Of a stretch of DNA of 64,000 bases, positions 39,433 through 50,282 are shown in pieces. A program made the position numbers and the translations under genes. The DNA comes from an uncultured Chloroflexia bacterium. GTDB lineage: Bacteria > Chloroflexota > Anaerolineae > JAAYZQ01. Position 1 is the stretch's first letter. Every line of letters begins with the position of its first letter. The notes under the pieces were generated by a model that saw only the letters and a list, made by a program, of their open reading frames with translations, did no database searches and was not told where the DNA came from. The stretch lies in contig CAVOXA010000010.1 in NCBI GenBank assembly GCA_963700285.1, positions 2,016,001 through 2,080,000 of the forward strand, in the 5' to 3' direction.

Positions 39433-40206
39433 ATGTCACCCCGGGAGCGGGTTTATCGAACTGAAGCGATCGTTCTAAGGCGGACCGACTTTGGCGAGGC
39501 CGACCGCCTGCTGACTGTGTTCACACCGGAACGCGGCAAGCTGCGGCTGATCGCCAAAGGGGCCCGCAAGCCATCCAGCCGCAAGAGCGGGCACGTGGAA
39601 CTGTTCACCCGTGGCCAGTTTCTGGTCGCTGTCGGCCGCGAGCTAGATATTGTCACGCAGGCCGAGACGGTGGAGCCATTCTTGTTGCTGCGCGAGGATC
39701 TGTTGCGGACGACCTACGCCTACTATGTGGCCGACCTGGCCGACGCCTTTACCGCCGATCGGGACGAAAACCGGCTTCTCTACGATCTGTTTAACGATGC
39801 TTTTGGCTGGCTGTGTGTGGATGACGATCTGCCCCTGGTGGCCCGCTACTATGAACTCCATCTGCTGGGCCTGGCGGGCTATCAGCCCCAGCTCTTTGTC
39901 TGCGGCGGCTGCAAGGTACAATTGGAGCCGGAGGTCAATTACCTGAGTGCTGCTGATGGCAGTGTATTCTGCCCCAAGTGTGGCTACGATCAGGTGGCGG
40001 CATCGGCAATCTCGGTAAATGCCCTCAAGGTACTGCGCTTTCTTCAGACCCGTGACTGGGAGACCTGCCGGTACCTGCGACTGAGCCCGGCCAGTCATGC
40101 CGAGATAGAGCGCACGATGCACGACTACATCACCTATCACCTGGAGCGCAAGCTGAGGTCCGTGGAGTTCATCCAGCGATTAAGGCGGCAGATGGGAGTC
40201 GGCTGA
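39433..40206 (+). CDS. recO: DNA repair protein RecO
   Basis: EAIVLRRTDFGEADRLLTVFTPERGKL...AKGARKPSS; CGGC...CPKC zinc site; adjacent to glyQS. Confidence 0.95.
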   Translation: MSPRERVYRTEAIVLRRTDFGEADRLLTVFTPERGKLRLIAKGARKPSSRKSGHVELFTRGQFLVAVGRELDIVTQAETVEPFLLLREDLLRTTYAYYVADLADAFTADRDENRLLYDLFNDAFGWLCVDDDLPLVARYYELHLLGLAGYQPQLFVCGGCKVQLEPEVNYLSAADGSVFCPKCGYDQVAASAISVNALKVLRFLQTRDWETCRYLRLSPASHAEIERTMHDYITYHLERKLRSVEFIQRLRRQMGVG

Positions 40207-40366
40207 GAATCGTTTCAGCGTCGACTCGGGTCGCACCGATACCCAGTGCTACCTGGCCAGGATTCAGGATCAGGAGGTGGAGCAGACGTGAGTTGCTATC
40301 GAATGCCACCTGGCTCGCCAGCCTGGAAACTCTACGCTGGCATGAACGAGAGAGAGGATTAGGGCT

Positions 40367-43300
40367 ATGACCAAACCATTGTCCTTCCAGGACGTTGTCA
40401 TGCGTCTGGACCGGTATTGGGCCGACCATGGTTGCCTGATCTGGCAGCCCTATAGCGAAAAGCTTGGCGCCGGCACTGCCAACCCGGCGACTACCCTCCG
40501 TGTCCTGGGTCCCGAGCCGTGGAACGTGGGCTATGTGGAGCCCTCCTTCCGGCCCGACGATGGCCGCTACGCCGAGAACCCCAACCGCATGCAGATGCAC
40601 ACTCAGTATCAGGTTATCCTCAAACCGGATCCGGGCAATCCCCAGGAGCTCTATCTGGGCAGTTTGGAGGCCATTGGCATTGACATGCGCGAGCATGACG
40701 TGCGCTTTGTAGAGGACAACTGGGAAAGCCCGGCCCTCGGTTCGTGGGGCCTTGGCTGGGAAGTATGGCTCGACGGCCAGGAGATTAGCCAGTACACCTA
40801 TTTCCAGCAGGCCGGGGGCCTGATCCTGGACCCTGTCGCCGTGGAACTCACCTACGGGCTCGAACGTATCATCACCCATCTGCAAAAGGTTCGGGCTGTG
40901 TGGGACATTGACTGGGATGGTGTACACACCTATGGCGACGTCTATATGCGGCCCGAAGTGGAGCACTGCATCTACAATTTTGAGCTGGCTGGGATAGATA
41001 GCCTGGCCAAGATGTACAACCTCTATGAGCGTGAAGCCAAGGCCTGCATGGAACGGGGCCTGGTCATCCCCGCCTACGATTACATTCAACGTTGCTCTCA
41101 CACATTCAACATCCTGGACGCGCGAGGGGCCATTGGCGTCACCGAGCGGGCCTCCTACTTTGGCCGCATGCGGGACCTGAGCCGGCAGGTGGCTCGCATC
41201 TATCTGGAGCAGCGCGAGGAGATGGGCTACCCATTCCTGAAGCATCAAGCTGAAAGCTCCAATCGTCGAGCGGAGTCGTCGGGAGGATCCCAAGCTCCAG
41301 ACTCCAATCTCCGGTCTGCAACTCTCCTCCTCGAGATCGGGACCGAGGAGCTGCCGGTGGGCGACCTGGCGTCAGCCCTGGAACAACTGGAGGCATCGGT
41401 CCCGCGGCTGTTGCAGGCGGCTCGACTGGGCTATAGCTCGCTGAAGGTTGTTGGCACGCCCCGGCGCCAGGCGGTCCTGGTCCACAGTCTGCAGCCCAGG
41501 CAGCCGGACCGCACGCTTGAAGTTCAGGGACCGCCGGCCAAGGTTGCCTTTGACCCGGAGGGCAATCCAACCCGGGCTGCCGAGGGCTTTGCGCGCAAGC
41601 AGGGCCTGCCGGTAGAAGCCCTGCGTGTGGTCACCGAGGGCGACAGAGCATACGTCGTCGCCACCAAAACCGAGGCCCGCCGTTCCGCTGCCGAGGTGCT
41701 GGCCGAGGCACTGCCTGGGCTGCTTGCCGAACTGCGCTTTCCCAGGACCATGCGCTGGAACGAGACGAACGTGAGTTTCCCCCGCCCATTGCGCTGGCTG
41801 GTGGCTCTGCTGGGTGAGCAAGTGATCCCCTTTTCCTACGCCGGCGTGGCCAGTGGGCGAACGACACAAGGCATGCGTCCTTTGGGTTCACCCGATATTG
41901 AACTGGCCCGCGCCGGTGACTATCTGGCGACCATGGCCGGTCACCACATCGTCATCGACCTGGCCGAACGACGCGAACAGGTCCGCGCCCAGGCCGAAGC
42001 ATTGGCCGCCACGGTAGACGGGCGCATTCCCGATGACCTCGATCTCTTGGAAGAGGTTACCAACCTGATCGAGCGCCCGACCGCTCTCCTAGGTCGCTTT
42101 GAGTCTGAGTACCTCGCTTTGCCAAAGGAAGTCCTGGTCACTGTCATGAAAAAGCACCAGCGCTACTTCCCCGTGGTCCGTAACGCCCCAGAGGAAGCAA
42201 AGGCTGGTGATGACCACTTGCTGCCCTACTTTGTCGCTGTCCGGAATGGCGACGACCTGCACCTGGACGTGGTCCGTGAAGGGAACGAAGACGTCCTCCG
42301 CGCCCGGTTTTCCGACGCCAAGTTCTTCTACGACAACGATACGCGCCAGCCTCTAGAGGCTTTTCTGCCCCGTCTCGATACCCTCGCCTTCCAGGAGAAA
42401 CTGGGCTCCATGCTGGACAAAAGCAAGCGCCTGGAGAAGCTGGTATCGAATGTGGGCCGGGCGCTGGGTCTGGACAGCGAGGAGCAGGCCTATACCCAAC
42501 GTGCTGCCCACCTGTGCAAGGCTGACCTGGCCACCCAATTGGTCGTGGAACTGACCAGTCTGCAGGGGATCATGGGTCGAGCGTATGCCCTTCTCTCAGG
42601 TGAGCAAGAGGCAGTCGCGACGGCCATCTTCGAACACTACCTGCCCCGCTCAGCCAGTGATGCGCTGCCGGAGACAAAGTCGGGCCTGGTCTTGGGTCTG
42701 GCGAACCGGTTGGACAGTCTGGTTGGCTTCTTTGCTGTAGGGCTCGCACCTACGGGATCGGCGGATCCGTACCATATGCGCCGTGATGCCCTGGGTGTGG
42801 TCCAGAGCCTCATCGCCCACCATAGCACCTTGTCGCTGCGCCCGTTGCTGGCCAATGCTGCGGTGTTGATGCCCGTGACTGTCTCGGACACAGTACTGGA
42901 GGACGTGGCAGCCTTTATTGCCGAGCGGTTGCGGGGGTGGCTCCGGGATCAGGGTTTCCACTACGATGTCGTGGATGCGGTCCTGGCCCAGCGAAGCGAC
43001 GACCCTTATGGCGCCTACAGCAGCGCTGTCCAGTTGGAGGCCTGGGTAGCGCGCGACGACTGGGCGGATATCCTCAATGCCTACGGTCGCTGCATTCGCA
43101 TTGTGCGAGACCAGGCTGATCGCTTTCAGGTCCAGCCTGGCGTGGACTCTGAACCGGCTGTGGCAGCGTTGTGGGAGGCTTACCAGATGTCACGGGCGCA
43201 GGTCACGCCGGATAGCGACGTCGATCACCTCTTCACCGCCATCCGGCCCATGATCCCAGCTATCACCCGCTTTTTTGATGACGTACTCGTCATGCATGAG

Positions 43301-43396
43301 GATCAAAGCCTGCGGGAGAGCCGGCTGGGCTTGCTGCAGGACATCTGGGGTCTCAGCCTGGGCATCGTGGACGTGACGCGGCTGGAGGGTTTCTAG
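40367..43396 (+). CDS. glyQS: Glycine--tRNA ligase, fused alpha and beta subunits
   Basis: Alpha: [40 protein letters not shown]. Linker, then beta: [30 protein letters not shown]. Confidence 0.96.
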   Translation: MTKPLSFQDVVMRLDRYWADHGCLIWQPYSEKLGAGTANPATTLRVLGPEPWNVGYVEPSFRPDDGRYAENPNRMQMHTQYQVILKPDPGNPQELYLGSLEAIGIDMREHDVRFVEDNWESPALGSWGLGWEVWLDGQEISQYTYFQQAGGLILDPVAVELTYGLERIITHLQKVRAVWDIDWDGVHTYGDVYMRPEVEHCIYNFELAGIDSLAKMYNLYEREAKACMERGLVIPAYDYIQRCSHTFNILDARGAIGVTERASYFGRMRDLSRQVARIYLEQREEMGYPFLKHQAESSNRRAESSGGSQAPDSNLRSATLLLEIGTEELPVGDLASALEQLEASVPRLLQAARLGYSSLKVVGTPRRQAVLVHSLQPRQPDRTLEVQGPPAKVAFDPEGNPTRAAEGFARKQGLPVEALRVVTEGDRAYVVATKTEARRSAAEVLAEALPGLLAELRFPRTMRWNETNVSFPRPLRWLVALLGEQVIPFSYAGVASGRTTQGMRPLGSPDIELARAGDYLATMAGHHIVIDLAERREQVRAQAEALAATVDGRIPDDLDLLEEVTNLIERPTALLGRFESEYLALPKEVLVTVMKKHQRYFPVVRNAPEEAKAGDDHLLPYFVAVRNGDDLHLDVVREGNEDVLRARFSDAKFFYDNDTRQPLEAFLPRLDTLAFQEKLGSMLDKSKRLEKLVSNVGRALGLDSEEQAYTQRAAHLCKADLATQLVVELTSLQGIMGRAYALLSGEQEAVATAIFEHYLPRSASDALPETKSGLVLGLANRLDSLVGFFAVGLAPTGSADPYHMRRDALGVVQSLIAHHSTLSLRPLLANAAVLMPVTVSDTVLEDVAAFIAERLRGWLRDQGFHYDVVDAVLAQRSDDPYGAYSSAVQLEAWVARDDWADILNAYGRCIRIVRDQADRFQVQPGVDSEPAVAALWEAYQMSRAQVTPDSDVDHLFTAIRPMIPAITRFFDDVLVMHEDQSLRESRLGLLQDIWGLSLGIVDVTRLEGF

Positions 43397-43449
43397 TCGA
43401 CCTACGCGTGAACGACAATGGCTGAGGATTATGCGCTGGGGATTGTACC

Positions 43450-44652
43450 TTGAAGATTGTGATGATTGGCCCCTTTGCTTTCAAACCCAAGGGTACCGTC
43501 AGCGTCCGGGCCTTCTTTATGGCCCGGGCGTTGGTGAAGCGCGGTCACAACGTGACCATCCTGATGGCGCCCTACGACAACCTGGCCGATTCGGGGCGGG
43601 CGTGGGTGCAAGAAGGGGTCCGCCTGGAGAACATGCGCTTGAGCCACAACGATACCTGGCAGCAGGTCACCGTGCCGCAGGGCATGGCCCGCCGGGCGGC
43701 TCGCCTCAATCCAGACGTGGTCCACGTTTTCAAACCCATCGGCTACAGTGGTTTGACGGGCGTCTATCTGCGCTGGTTCTCAAAGAAGACACTGGTGCTG
43801 GATACCGACGACTGGGAAGGGACGGGCGGCTGGAATGACGTAAATCCCTACCCTGCCCTCTGGAAGCGGCTCTTTGACTGGCAGGAGCGGTGGCTGGCCC
43901 GGCACGCCGGCGCAGTTACGGTGGCCAGTCGTACGCTACAGACTCAGGTGTGGGGCTTTGGGGTAGAGCCAGCGAGGGTGGTCTACCTGCCCAACGGCCC
44001 AGATGCCCGCTTGCGGGGACAGGTGGTGAGCGACGAGGAAAAGGCCGATCTCCGGACCCGAGTGGGCGTGAGGGATGCTCCTTTTGCTCTCTATCTGGGC
44101 CACATTCCCCACGGTAACGACCTGGACCTGGCCTTGGATGCGCTGGCCCTTATCAGCGGCCAGCTGCCAGAAGCACGATTGGTGGTTGCCGGGGTAGGAG
44201 ATGGCTTGCCCGAATTGCAGGCTCAGGCCCAGAAGTTGGGCGTGGCCGATCGTGTCTTCTTCCCCGGCTGGGTCGAGCCCGAACTGGTTCCGGTCTACCT
44301 GGCCGCCGCCGATGCGGCCATCAACCCCTACCGCGATACGCTCATCAACCGGGCCAAGTGCGCTGGCAAAGTAGTCGCGGCCATGGCTATGGGCAAAGCC
44401 GTCGTCACCAGCCGGTTGGGAGAGAGCCTGGCCTACATCGAAGACGGGCGATCCGGATTACTCACCACACCAGGCGATTCCGCAGACCTGGCGCAGGCGC
44501 TCCTGACCATGCTGTCGGACCGGACCAGGGCCGCTGATCTGGGTCGCAACGCGCGGGAACGCATCTGGGCTGAATTTGACTGGGATACCCGCATCGGCGA
44601 GGTGGAGCGGGCCTATCAGATCGCTCTAGGCCTGTGGAAGGGGGATTCTTGA
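43450..44652 (+). CDS. Glycosyltransferase family 4
   Basis: ARALVKRGHNVTI; FPGWV...YLAAADAAINPY; AMAMGKAVVTS; DGRSGLL. Confidence 0.9.
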   Translation: MKIVMIGPFAFKPKGTVSVRAFFMARALVKRGHNVTILMAPYDNLADSGRAWVQEGVRLENMRLSHNDTWQQVTVPQGMARRAARLNPDVVHVFKPIGYSGLTGVYLRWFSKKTLVLDTDDWEGTGGWNDVNPYPALWKRLFDWQERWLARHAGAVTVASRTLQTQVWGFGVEPARVVYLPNGPDARLRGQVVSDEEKADLRTRVGVRDAPFALYLGHIPHGNDLDLALDALALISGQLPEARLVVAGVGDGLPELQAQAQKLGVADRVFFPGWVEPELVPVYLAAADAAINPYRDTLINRAKCAGKVVAAMAMGKAVVTSRLGESLAYIEDGRSGLLTTPGDSADLAQALLTMLSDRTRAADLGRNARERIWAEFDWDTRIGEVERAYQIALGLWKGDS

Positions 44653-45038
44653 CGGTCCGGCATTGGCTTCGCCAGCATCCGGTGTTCTACTTGTGGCTGC
44701 CGTTGGTGGCCTGGATGGGCCTGATGTTTTTTCTTTCAGCGCAACCTGACTTTCCGCATCCTGAGGTCGACTGGCTGGAAGACCTCATCGGCATTGGGGC
44801 GCACATGTTTCTGTTTGGCGTGCTGGCAGTGCTGTGGGCCCGGGCGCTGCAGGACCGACGCAGGACCCTGCTTCTTGCTTTCCTACTCACGATGCTCTAC
44901 GCCCTGCTGGATGAGTTTCACCAGTCCTTTGTTCCGGGACGCACCGCCGATCCGCTGGACCTGGTATACGATGGTCTCGGCGCGGCTCTTGCATTGGGGG
45001 TCTGGACTTGGTTGCAGCATTGGTCGGCCCGCGACTGA
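44649..45038 (+). CDS. VanZ-family membrane protein
   Basis: WMGLMFFLSAQP...AHMFLFGVL...YALLDEFHQSFVPGRTADPLD. Confidence 0.88.
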   Translation: MTVRHWLRQHPVFYLWLPLVAWMGLMFFLSAQPDFPHPEVDWLEDLIGIGAHMFLFGVLAVLWARALQDRRRTLLLAFLLTMLYALLDEFHQSFVPGRTADPLDLVYDGLGAALALGVWTWLQHWSARD

Positions 45039-45069
45039 CCGGCTGGTGCGCCAGGTAAAAGCCCGGCGC

Positions 45070-45853
45070 TCAGAGAAGCAGCGAACTGGCATCGCGGGCC
45101 GCGGGCTGTCCGTTACCCTCTTTCCGCCGGAGCACGATATCGCCAAAAGATCCACCCTGCTGCATTGTCACGCGCAGTTGCTTGACCATCTCCAGCAGCG
45201 CCAGAAGGGTGACAATGATCTCCATGCGGCTGCTTGCCCCCTCGACCAGCCGCAGCAGGCTAACGGAGTGTCCGCCAGCGGTCCTGCGCTCGATGAGTGA
45301 CATCTGGTCCGTAATGGTGATGGTAATGGGTCTGACTGTACCATTAACCGATGGCTCCAGGGGCTTGATGGCCAAGACCTGATGGACAGCAGCCAGCAGA
45401 TCATCCAGCGTGACGTCCTCCAGATCTACGGATCTTCTCCAGGCGGGGCACTGGCGCCAGGCGGATGTAGGAATGGAGGCCCAGCGCTTCGATTTCAGCC
45501 AGCCTGAGGGCTGCTTCCTTGAACCGCTTGTACTCGATGAGCTGGCGGACCAGATCGTCCGCGTCCTCTTCCTCCTCAGATGTGGACGTCAAGGGAGGCT
45601 GGGGCAGCAGGACACGTGACTTGATGAGGAGCAGTTTGGCCGCAACGACCAGGAAATCGGCCAGGTTATCCAGCTGGCGTTCGCCAAACTGAGCCAGATA
45701 GTCCACGTATTGGTTTGTGACCTGAGCCAGGGACACCTCGGTGATATCCAACTCTTCGCGCTCGATGAGGTGCAGCAATAGATCCAGCGGCCCCTCAAAG
45801 ACGGGTAGCTTCACCTGATACGTTGTCGGGCTAGAATCGGCTATGGTCTTCAC
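45070..45853 (-). CDS. scpA: Segregation and condensation protein A (indel near 45425)
   Basis: FEGPLDLLLHLI...QYVDYL...FLVVAAKLLLIKSRVLLP...LIEYKRFKEAA; C-terminal IIVTLLALLEMVKQ...FGDI in the next frame. Confidence 0.9.
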
Positions 45854-45908
45854 GGTATATTCCTCAGCGTGCTAGTGTACCACAAGTACCAGGCGGCTGG
45901 CGAATCGG

Positions 45909-48863
45909 CTAGCCCTCAAAGCCCTGGAACCGCTTGCCTTCTGCAACGAGGGCTCTTAGCATTTCTTTCGTCTCGGCCTCGTTTCTGCCGGCGATGCGGT
46001 CCGTTTTGCACCCCTTGCCCCTGAGCCAGTCCTCCACCTTGAGGGAAACGCCCAGCGGTCCTCCGATAATGGTCACATACTCTGCCAAAGAAGCGTGCTC
46101 AGCTGAAAAACCGGCGCTGGGACGGAAGATACCGATATAGTCTTGGGCGTTGAGCCAGTCAGCCCGTGCCCACTGGCCGTCACGGGCCCAGAAGAGCATA
46201 TAGTGTTCCATGGACTTGGCGGCAGGGACTGGGCCGGGATCTGGTTGGCCCTTCTGCTGTACCTGAACGATTTCCTGGCGAAGCATCCGCTTCCAGTTTT
46301 TGCCTTGAAGCCACTGAGTGCCAGGGCATGCCGTACCCATGAGTTCCTTGTGCCCTTTGACTTCGTCCAGATCGACGCTCAGTTCCTGCATCAGCCAGGA
46401 TACGAGGTGCGCCCCGGCGAGCAGCTGCGCCGGCGGTGGAACCTCTTGCTCAAAGTTACCCAGGAAGCAGATCCCTACCCCTCGTGGATTGACCTTGGCC
46501 GCGTGGTATGAGACCGTTTCCACAGGATTGGCCTGGTAGATGATGCCATCCTCTGCGACCAGGAAATGATAACCCACTCCCGGCCAATCAAGCCGGTTCA
46601 CGTGGTAGGCGGCAATTTGCTGTGGGCCGACCGTGGACGGTACCGCGCTGTGGTGGATGACCAGGGTCTCTATGGCGCTTAGGGGTCGGGTCCCATACTT
46701 GTCGGTTTCGTGCGCGTGCAATTTGCCGATCAAGTTCTGGATAGCCGGCTTGCCGATTTCTAGCGGGTCTGCAGCCCCGGACTGCTCAAGCTGGCTCTGA
46801 AGGCTAGCAATCTTGGCTTGCAGGGCGGCAACAAAAGCTGCCAGCTTTTCATCTCCGATCTCTGGAGCCTTGTTCACCTCGGCCTGGATCTGTACCTCTT
46901 TACTACCTGGCGTCTCAACCTGCGCCGAATCGGCAACGAGAGAAACCCAGTCCTCACCGGGACTCTTGATCCCCGTCTCCGTCCTGGCCAACTCCCTCTG
47001 TAGTACCCGGACTTGTGCCTGGAGCGATACGATAAGCTCGGTGAGTCTGTCCATGACCTCGAGGGCAGGGGCTTTGGCAGGGCTCGGCGGCAGCTCCTTT
47101 TCTATGCCTTCGATTTTTGCTTGCAGCGTTTGGATGCGTTTGCTCAACGAGGCGATAAGTGTGGAAGGATTCTCTTTCGCTGCCTCTAGGTACGCTCGCA
47201 CCGAAATGTGGAGTTTGTCCTTCCAACGCTGGTCCCCGAGCCACTGCATGCCAGGTGACTGTGTGTTCACCAGCTCGCTGAGACCCACAATGGTGTCAGT
47301 AGTCAGATGCAAGTGGTCGAGCAGCCAGGCACATAGCTCACCGCCCGCTCGTAACTGGTCGTTTGTGGGAATGCCGTTGGCAAAGTTTCCGGCAAAACAT
47401 ATCCCGACACTGTCCCGGCTATACCCAAAGGCATGGTCCGTGGCAGTCTGCATACTGCATGTCTGCAATATCGTACCAGCGGCAGCGACAAAAAAGTGAT
47501 AGGACATGGCCGGCTTGCCCATCTGTTGCACCTGATACTCGGCCATGCGCTGGGCCGTGATGGTTGGGCTGGTACCAGTATGGTGGATGACGATCCGATT
47601 GATATCCGAGAGCGCCCGGGTAGGATACTGTTTGTCGGCATGCACTGGCAGCTCGTCCACAATGTCTTTGACGAGTGGTTTGACCACGCTGGCACCAGAC
47701 ACCGCCCGCGCCCTCAGCTCTTTGATCTGACCGTCCAGCCGTGCTAACTTTTCCCGCGAGTTCCAGGCTTCCGTACCCACTGGCTGCAATTCTATCTCGC
47801 CTGGTTGGGATTCTCTGAGCGCTATCCGTTGGAAGTACTGGGTCGGTACACCATCTTCTTGGATCTGCTCGGTGATGGGATAGCCGCAGATGGCCAGACC
47901 GTACTTTTCAAAAAACTTGAGAAAGCTGCCCCGCACGGTTCTTCCAGTTTGAGGGAACCTGCGTTCTGTGGTCGCGGGTGGCTGGGGCTCTGGCATAGGT
48001 TTGGGTACCGGTGGGGGCGCTGGTATTTCCACTGCATTGCGGGGCATGTCGCGTATGGCCTGGACAACGGGCAGCATCTCTCCACTCTCCTTCATCCATA
48101 CGAACAGGGCCCAAGCCGGATCTGGCGATGAGGCGATGAAGGCACTGGCCGAACCCAGATAAGGGTACTTGTTCAACGCTTGATAGTACTGCGCGTACTG
48201 TTGTGCGATCTGTTCACGGGGTAAATTCGGGGTCGAATTACCAAACTCGGTGATCTCGATGGGCATGTTGGGAAAGCGCTCGTGATATCGCTTGAAACGA
48301 AGGCCCCAATCATCATTCATCATATTGCCATATTGCCAGTAGGTGTGACAGCCCAGCCAAGCTGACGCAAGGATCTCCTTGCGGCAGATGTCCAGCCAGG
48401 CTAGATCACGGTGCGGGTGATTTGGGGCCAAGCCGGGGAAGCCGAATCTGGCCCAGGGACAGGCCTTCTTGAGTGCCGACAGTACTTTCGCGTACCAGTC
48501 TCGGAACGCGAGGGCGTGTGCGTCGCTAGATCCCCAGCCCTCAATGCCTTCCACGTGGTTGGGTTCATTGTGGATCTCGAATTTGGTCGCGTATGGTTTC
48601 AGACGGTTGATGATGGGCGCCATCTTGGCCACAAAAACAGCGGGGGTAGGATACGAGTCGCGGTGGATGCGGTCGTCATAGAGCCTGACGATGAATTCAA
48701 TGCCGTCGTTCTCCCGGCGTAGCCGCTCAAAGACGCCGACGTCGGTGAATGACATCATCTTTATGGTCTCGATGCGCGCTGTATGTACCAGGGCATAGTC
48801 GGGTTCCGTCAAGTGCACGTGGTTTCGGGCATGAAGCCCAACCCGAGTTCTGTGTTTCGCCAT
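45909..48863 (-). CDS. Multidomain cell-wall enzyme: GH-A-like TIM barrel, FPxTG repeat, two Amidase_2 (PGRP-like) domains, coiled coils, CW_binding_2-like tail
   Basis: IHNEPN and ITEFG; FPQTG...GYPITE...QYFQR; IVIHHT...YHF and LVIHHS...GYHF...GHKE...CPG; VTIIGG...RIAGRNEAET. Confidence 0.8.
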   Translation of the reverse strand: MAKHRTRVGLHARNHVHLTEPDYALVHTARIETIKMMSFTDVGVFERLRRENDGIEFIVRLYDDRIHRDSYPTPAVFVAKMAPIINRLKPYATKFEIHNEPNHVEGIEGWGSSDAHALAFRDWYAKVLSALKKACPWARFGFPGLAPNHPHRDLAWLDICRKEILASAWLGCHTYWQYGNMMNDDWGLRFKRYHERFPNMPIEITEFGNSTPNLPREQIAQQYAQYYQALNKYPYLGSASAFIASSPDPAWALFVWMKESGEMLPVVQAIRDMPRNAVEIPAPPPVPKPMPEPQPPATTERRFPQTGRTVRGSFLKFFEKYGLAICGYPITEQIQEDGVPTQYFQRIALRESQPGEIELQPVGTEAWNSREKLARLDGQIKELRARAVSGASVVKPLVKDIVDELPVHADKQYPTRALSDINRIVIHHTGTSPTITAQRMAEYQVQQMGKPAMSYHFFVAAAGTILQTCSMQTATDHAFGYSRDSVGICFAGNFANGIPTNDQLRAGGELCAWLLDHLHLTTDTIVGLSELVNTQSPGMQWLGDQRWKDKLHISVRAYLEAAKENPSTLIASLSKRIQTLQAKIEGIEKELPPSPAKAPALEVMDRLTELIVSLQAQVRVLQRELARTETGIKSPGEDWVSLVADSAQVETPGSKEVQIQAEVNKAPEIGDEKLAAFVAALQAKIASLQSQLEQSGAADPLEIGKPAIQNLIGKLHAHETDKYGTRPLSAIETLVIHHSAVPSTVGPQQIAAYHVNRLDWPGVGYHFLVAEDGIIYQANPVETVSYHAAKVNPRGVGICFLGNFEQEVPPPAQLLAGAHLVSWLMQELSVDLDEVKGHKELMGTACPGTQWLQGKNWKRMLRQEIVQVQQKGQPDPGPVPAAKSMEHYMLFWARDGQWARADWLNAQDYIGIFRPSAGFSAEHASLAEYVTIIGGPLGVSLKVEDWLRGKGCKTDRIAGRNEAETKEMLRALVAEGKRFQGFEG

Positions 48864-49215
48864 CTTTATGCCTCCCTCCTGCACCTCGTCCAGGGCGAGA
48901 ACGTATAGAGCATATCACAAAATCGCAAAAATGTCTAGTTAAGAGGTGAATAGTTCATTATTATTTAGATTCTTTAGATTATGCCAAGTGACTCCTGTCG
49001 TGCTGAGGCGAGATGGGCTCTTCCTGATGGACTACCGGAGCGAAATGTGTTCCTGCCATTCAAACAGAACCGGACTGGGTCGTGGAGGCTGAACCTGCAA
49101 CCCTGATTGTGGAACGGCGTATAGAAACCGACGACAACGAGTTTGTAGTAGTCTCAATACCGTCGCCAGATCGAGCATCTGATGCGACCTACCAAGGGCA
49201 TTTGGAGGAGGTACT

Positions 49216-49875
49216 GTGATGTCGGAATATGAGTATGACGCTGTGGAGGTAGCAGGAGTGAGCGAGGGGGAGTTGGGAACCCAGACCAGAAAGCTAGATC
49301 CGGGGGCGGAGGCGCCTCAGCCCAGGGCCAGACGCGCTGAGACCAAAAAACTGGCTCCAGAGCCGGAGGTAATGTCTCCGGCAGTGGCCCCGTCGCCTCA
49401 CCTGGGCCTGACCCGTGAGGAATTGACCTGGGCTGCTCTGGCCCACGCCAGCATTTTGATTACTCTGCTCTTGGGGCTGGCTTCTGGTGGGATAGCTGCC
49501 ATTCTGGGGCCTATCGTCCCGGCCATCATCTGGTACGTCTACCGTGACAAGTCGGACTATGTGGCCGACCAGGCACGGCAGGCGACCATCTATCAATTGG
49601 CGGGTTTTGTTGCTCTGCTGGCCCTGGCCATCGCCGGCGCTGTCCTGATTGCCGTCGGCTGGGCGGTGAGCGCGGTTTTGGTGGTGGTGCTCGTGGGTTT
49701 GCTCCTGCTGCCCATCATGCTGATCGTGACGCTGGTGTGGGTCGTGGCTATTGTGGCCTTGCCCATCGTGTTGGTGGTCTATGGCTGCTACGCCGCCTTC
49801 GAAGCCTACTATGGCCGCCCATTCCGCTACTACTGGGTTGCGGAAATGATCGACCGCTACCAGGCTCAATCGTAG
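49216..49875 (+). CDS. DUF4870-family membrane protein
   Basis: WAALAHAS...PAIIWYVYRDKSDYVADQARQA..YQ...G.PFRY. Confidence 0.8.
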   Translation: MMSEYEYDAVEVAGVSEGELGTQTRKLDPGAEAPQPRARRAETKKLAPEPEVMSPAVAPSPHLGLTREELTWAALAHASILITLLLGLASGGIAAILGPIVPAIIWYVYRDKSDYVADQARQATIYQLAGFVALLALAIAGAVLIAVGWAVSAVLVVVLVGLLLLPIMLIVTLVWVVAIVALPIVLVVYGCYAAFEAYYGRPFRYYWVAEMIDRYQAQS

Positions 49876-49922
49876 GCCCTGGCCTGCGGGGCGCTCAGGA
49901 TTCATTCTGAGCCTCCATGCAG

Positions 49923-49966
49923 CAATCGCCCCCCGCCTCTCGCTGGGTGGGGGGCGATTGTCTTTT
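49923..49966. terminator. Intrinsic terminator between convergent genes
   Basis: CAATCGCCCCCCGCC...GGTGGGGGGCGATTG-TCTTTT. Confidence 0.7.
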
Positions 49967-49991
49967 CGTCCATGGTTTCAGCTACTTGAAA

Positions 49992-50282
49992 CTAGCCTCC
50001 CGCGACCGGCAGGAAGAGAAACACCCGATCCCCATCGCGCAACTGGACGTCGTCTGCCTGTTCAAAGGGAACAGGCCCGGCATTGACAAACAACGAATAG
50101 AGTACCTGATCCAATGGTTGACGCAGCCCCTTGCCTTGCAAGCCTGCCTCAAAGTCGGGATAGCGGGCACGCAGCTCGTCGAGCACATCCGCGGCTGTTG
50201 TACCCATGGGCATCGTGAGATACATTTTGTTTTCGCCCACAACTTGCGATAGAGGCGCTCCCAGTTTGACGGTGATCTTCAC
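49992..50282 (-). CDS. MoaD/ThiS-family ubiquitin-like sulfur carrier
   Basis: 96 aa, beta-grasp pattern, LRDGDRVFLFLPVAGG C-terminus. Confidence 0.9.
   Translation of the reverse strand: MKITVKLGAPLSQVVGENKMYLTMPMGTTAADVLDELRARYPDFEAGLQGKGLRQPLDQVLYSLFVNAGPVPFEQADDVQLRDGDRVFLFLPVAGG

Noticed and set aside
40207-40366. T-box riboswitch before glyQS
   Set aside because: No GGTGGNACCGCG T-box or terminator/antiterminator, and the region is too short.
40367-43396. Fused GlyRS as a novelty
   Set aside because: Alpha-beta fusions are already known (Chlamydiae, plant organelles and other bacteria).
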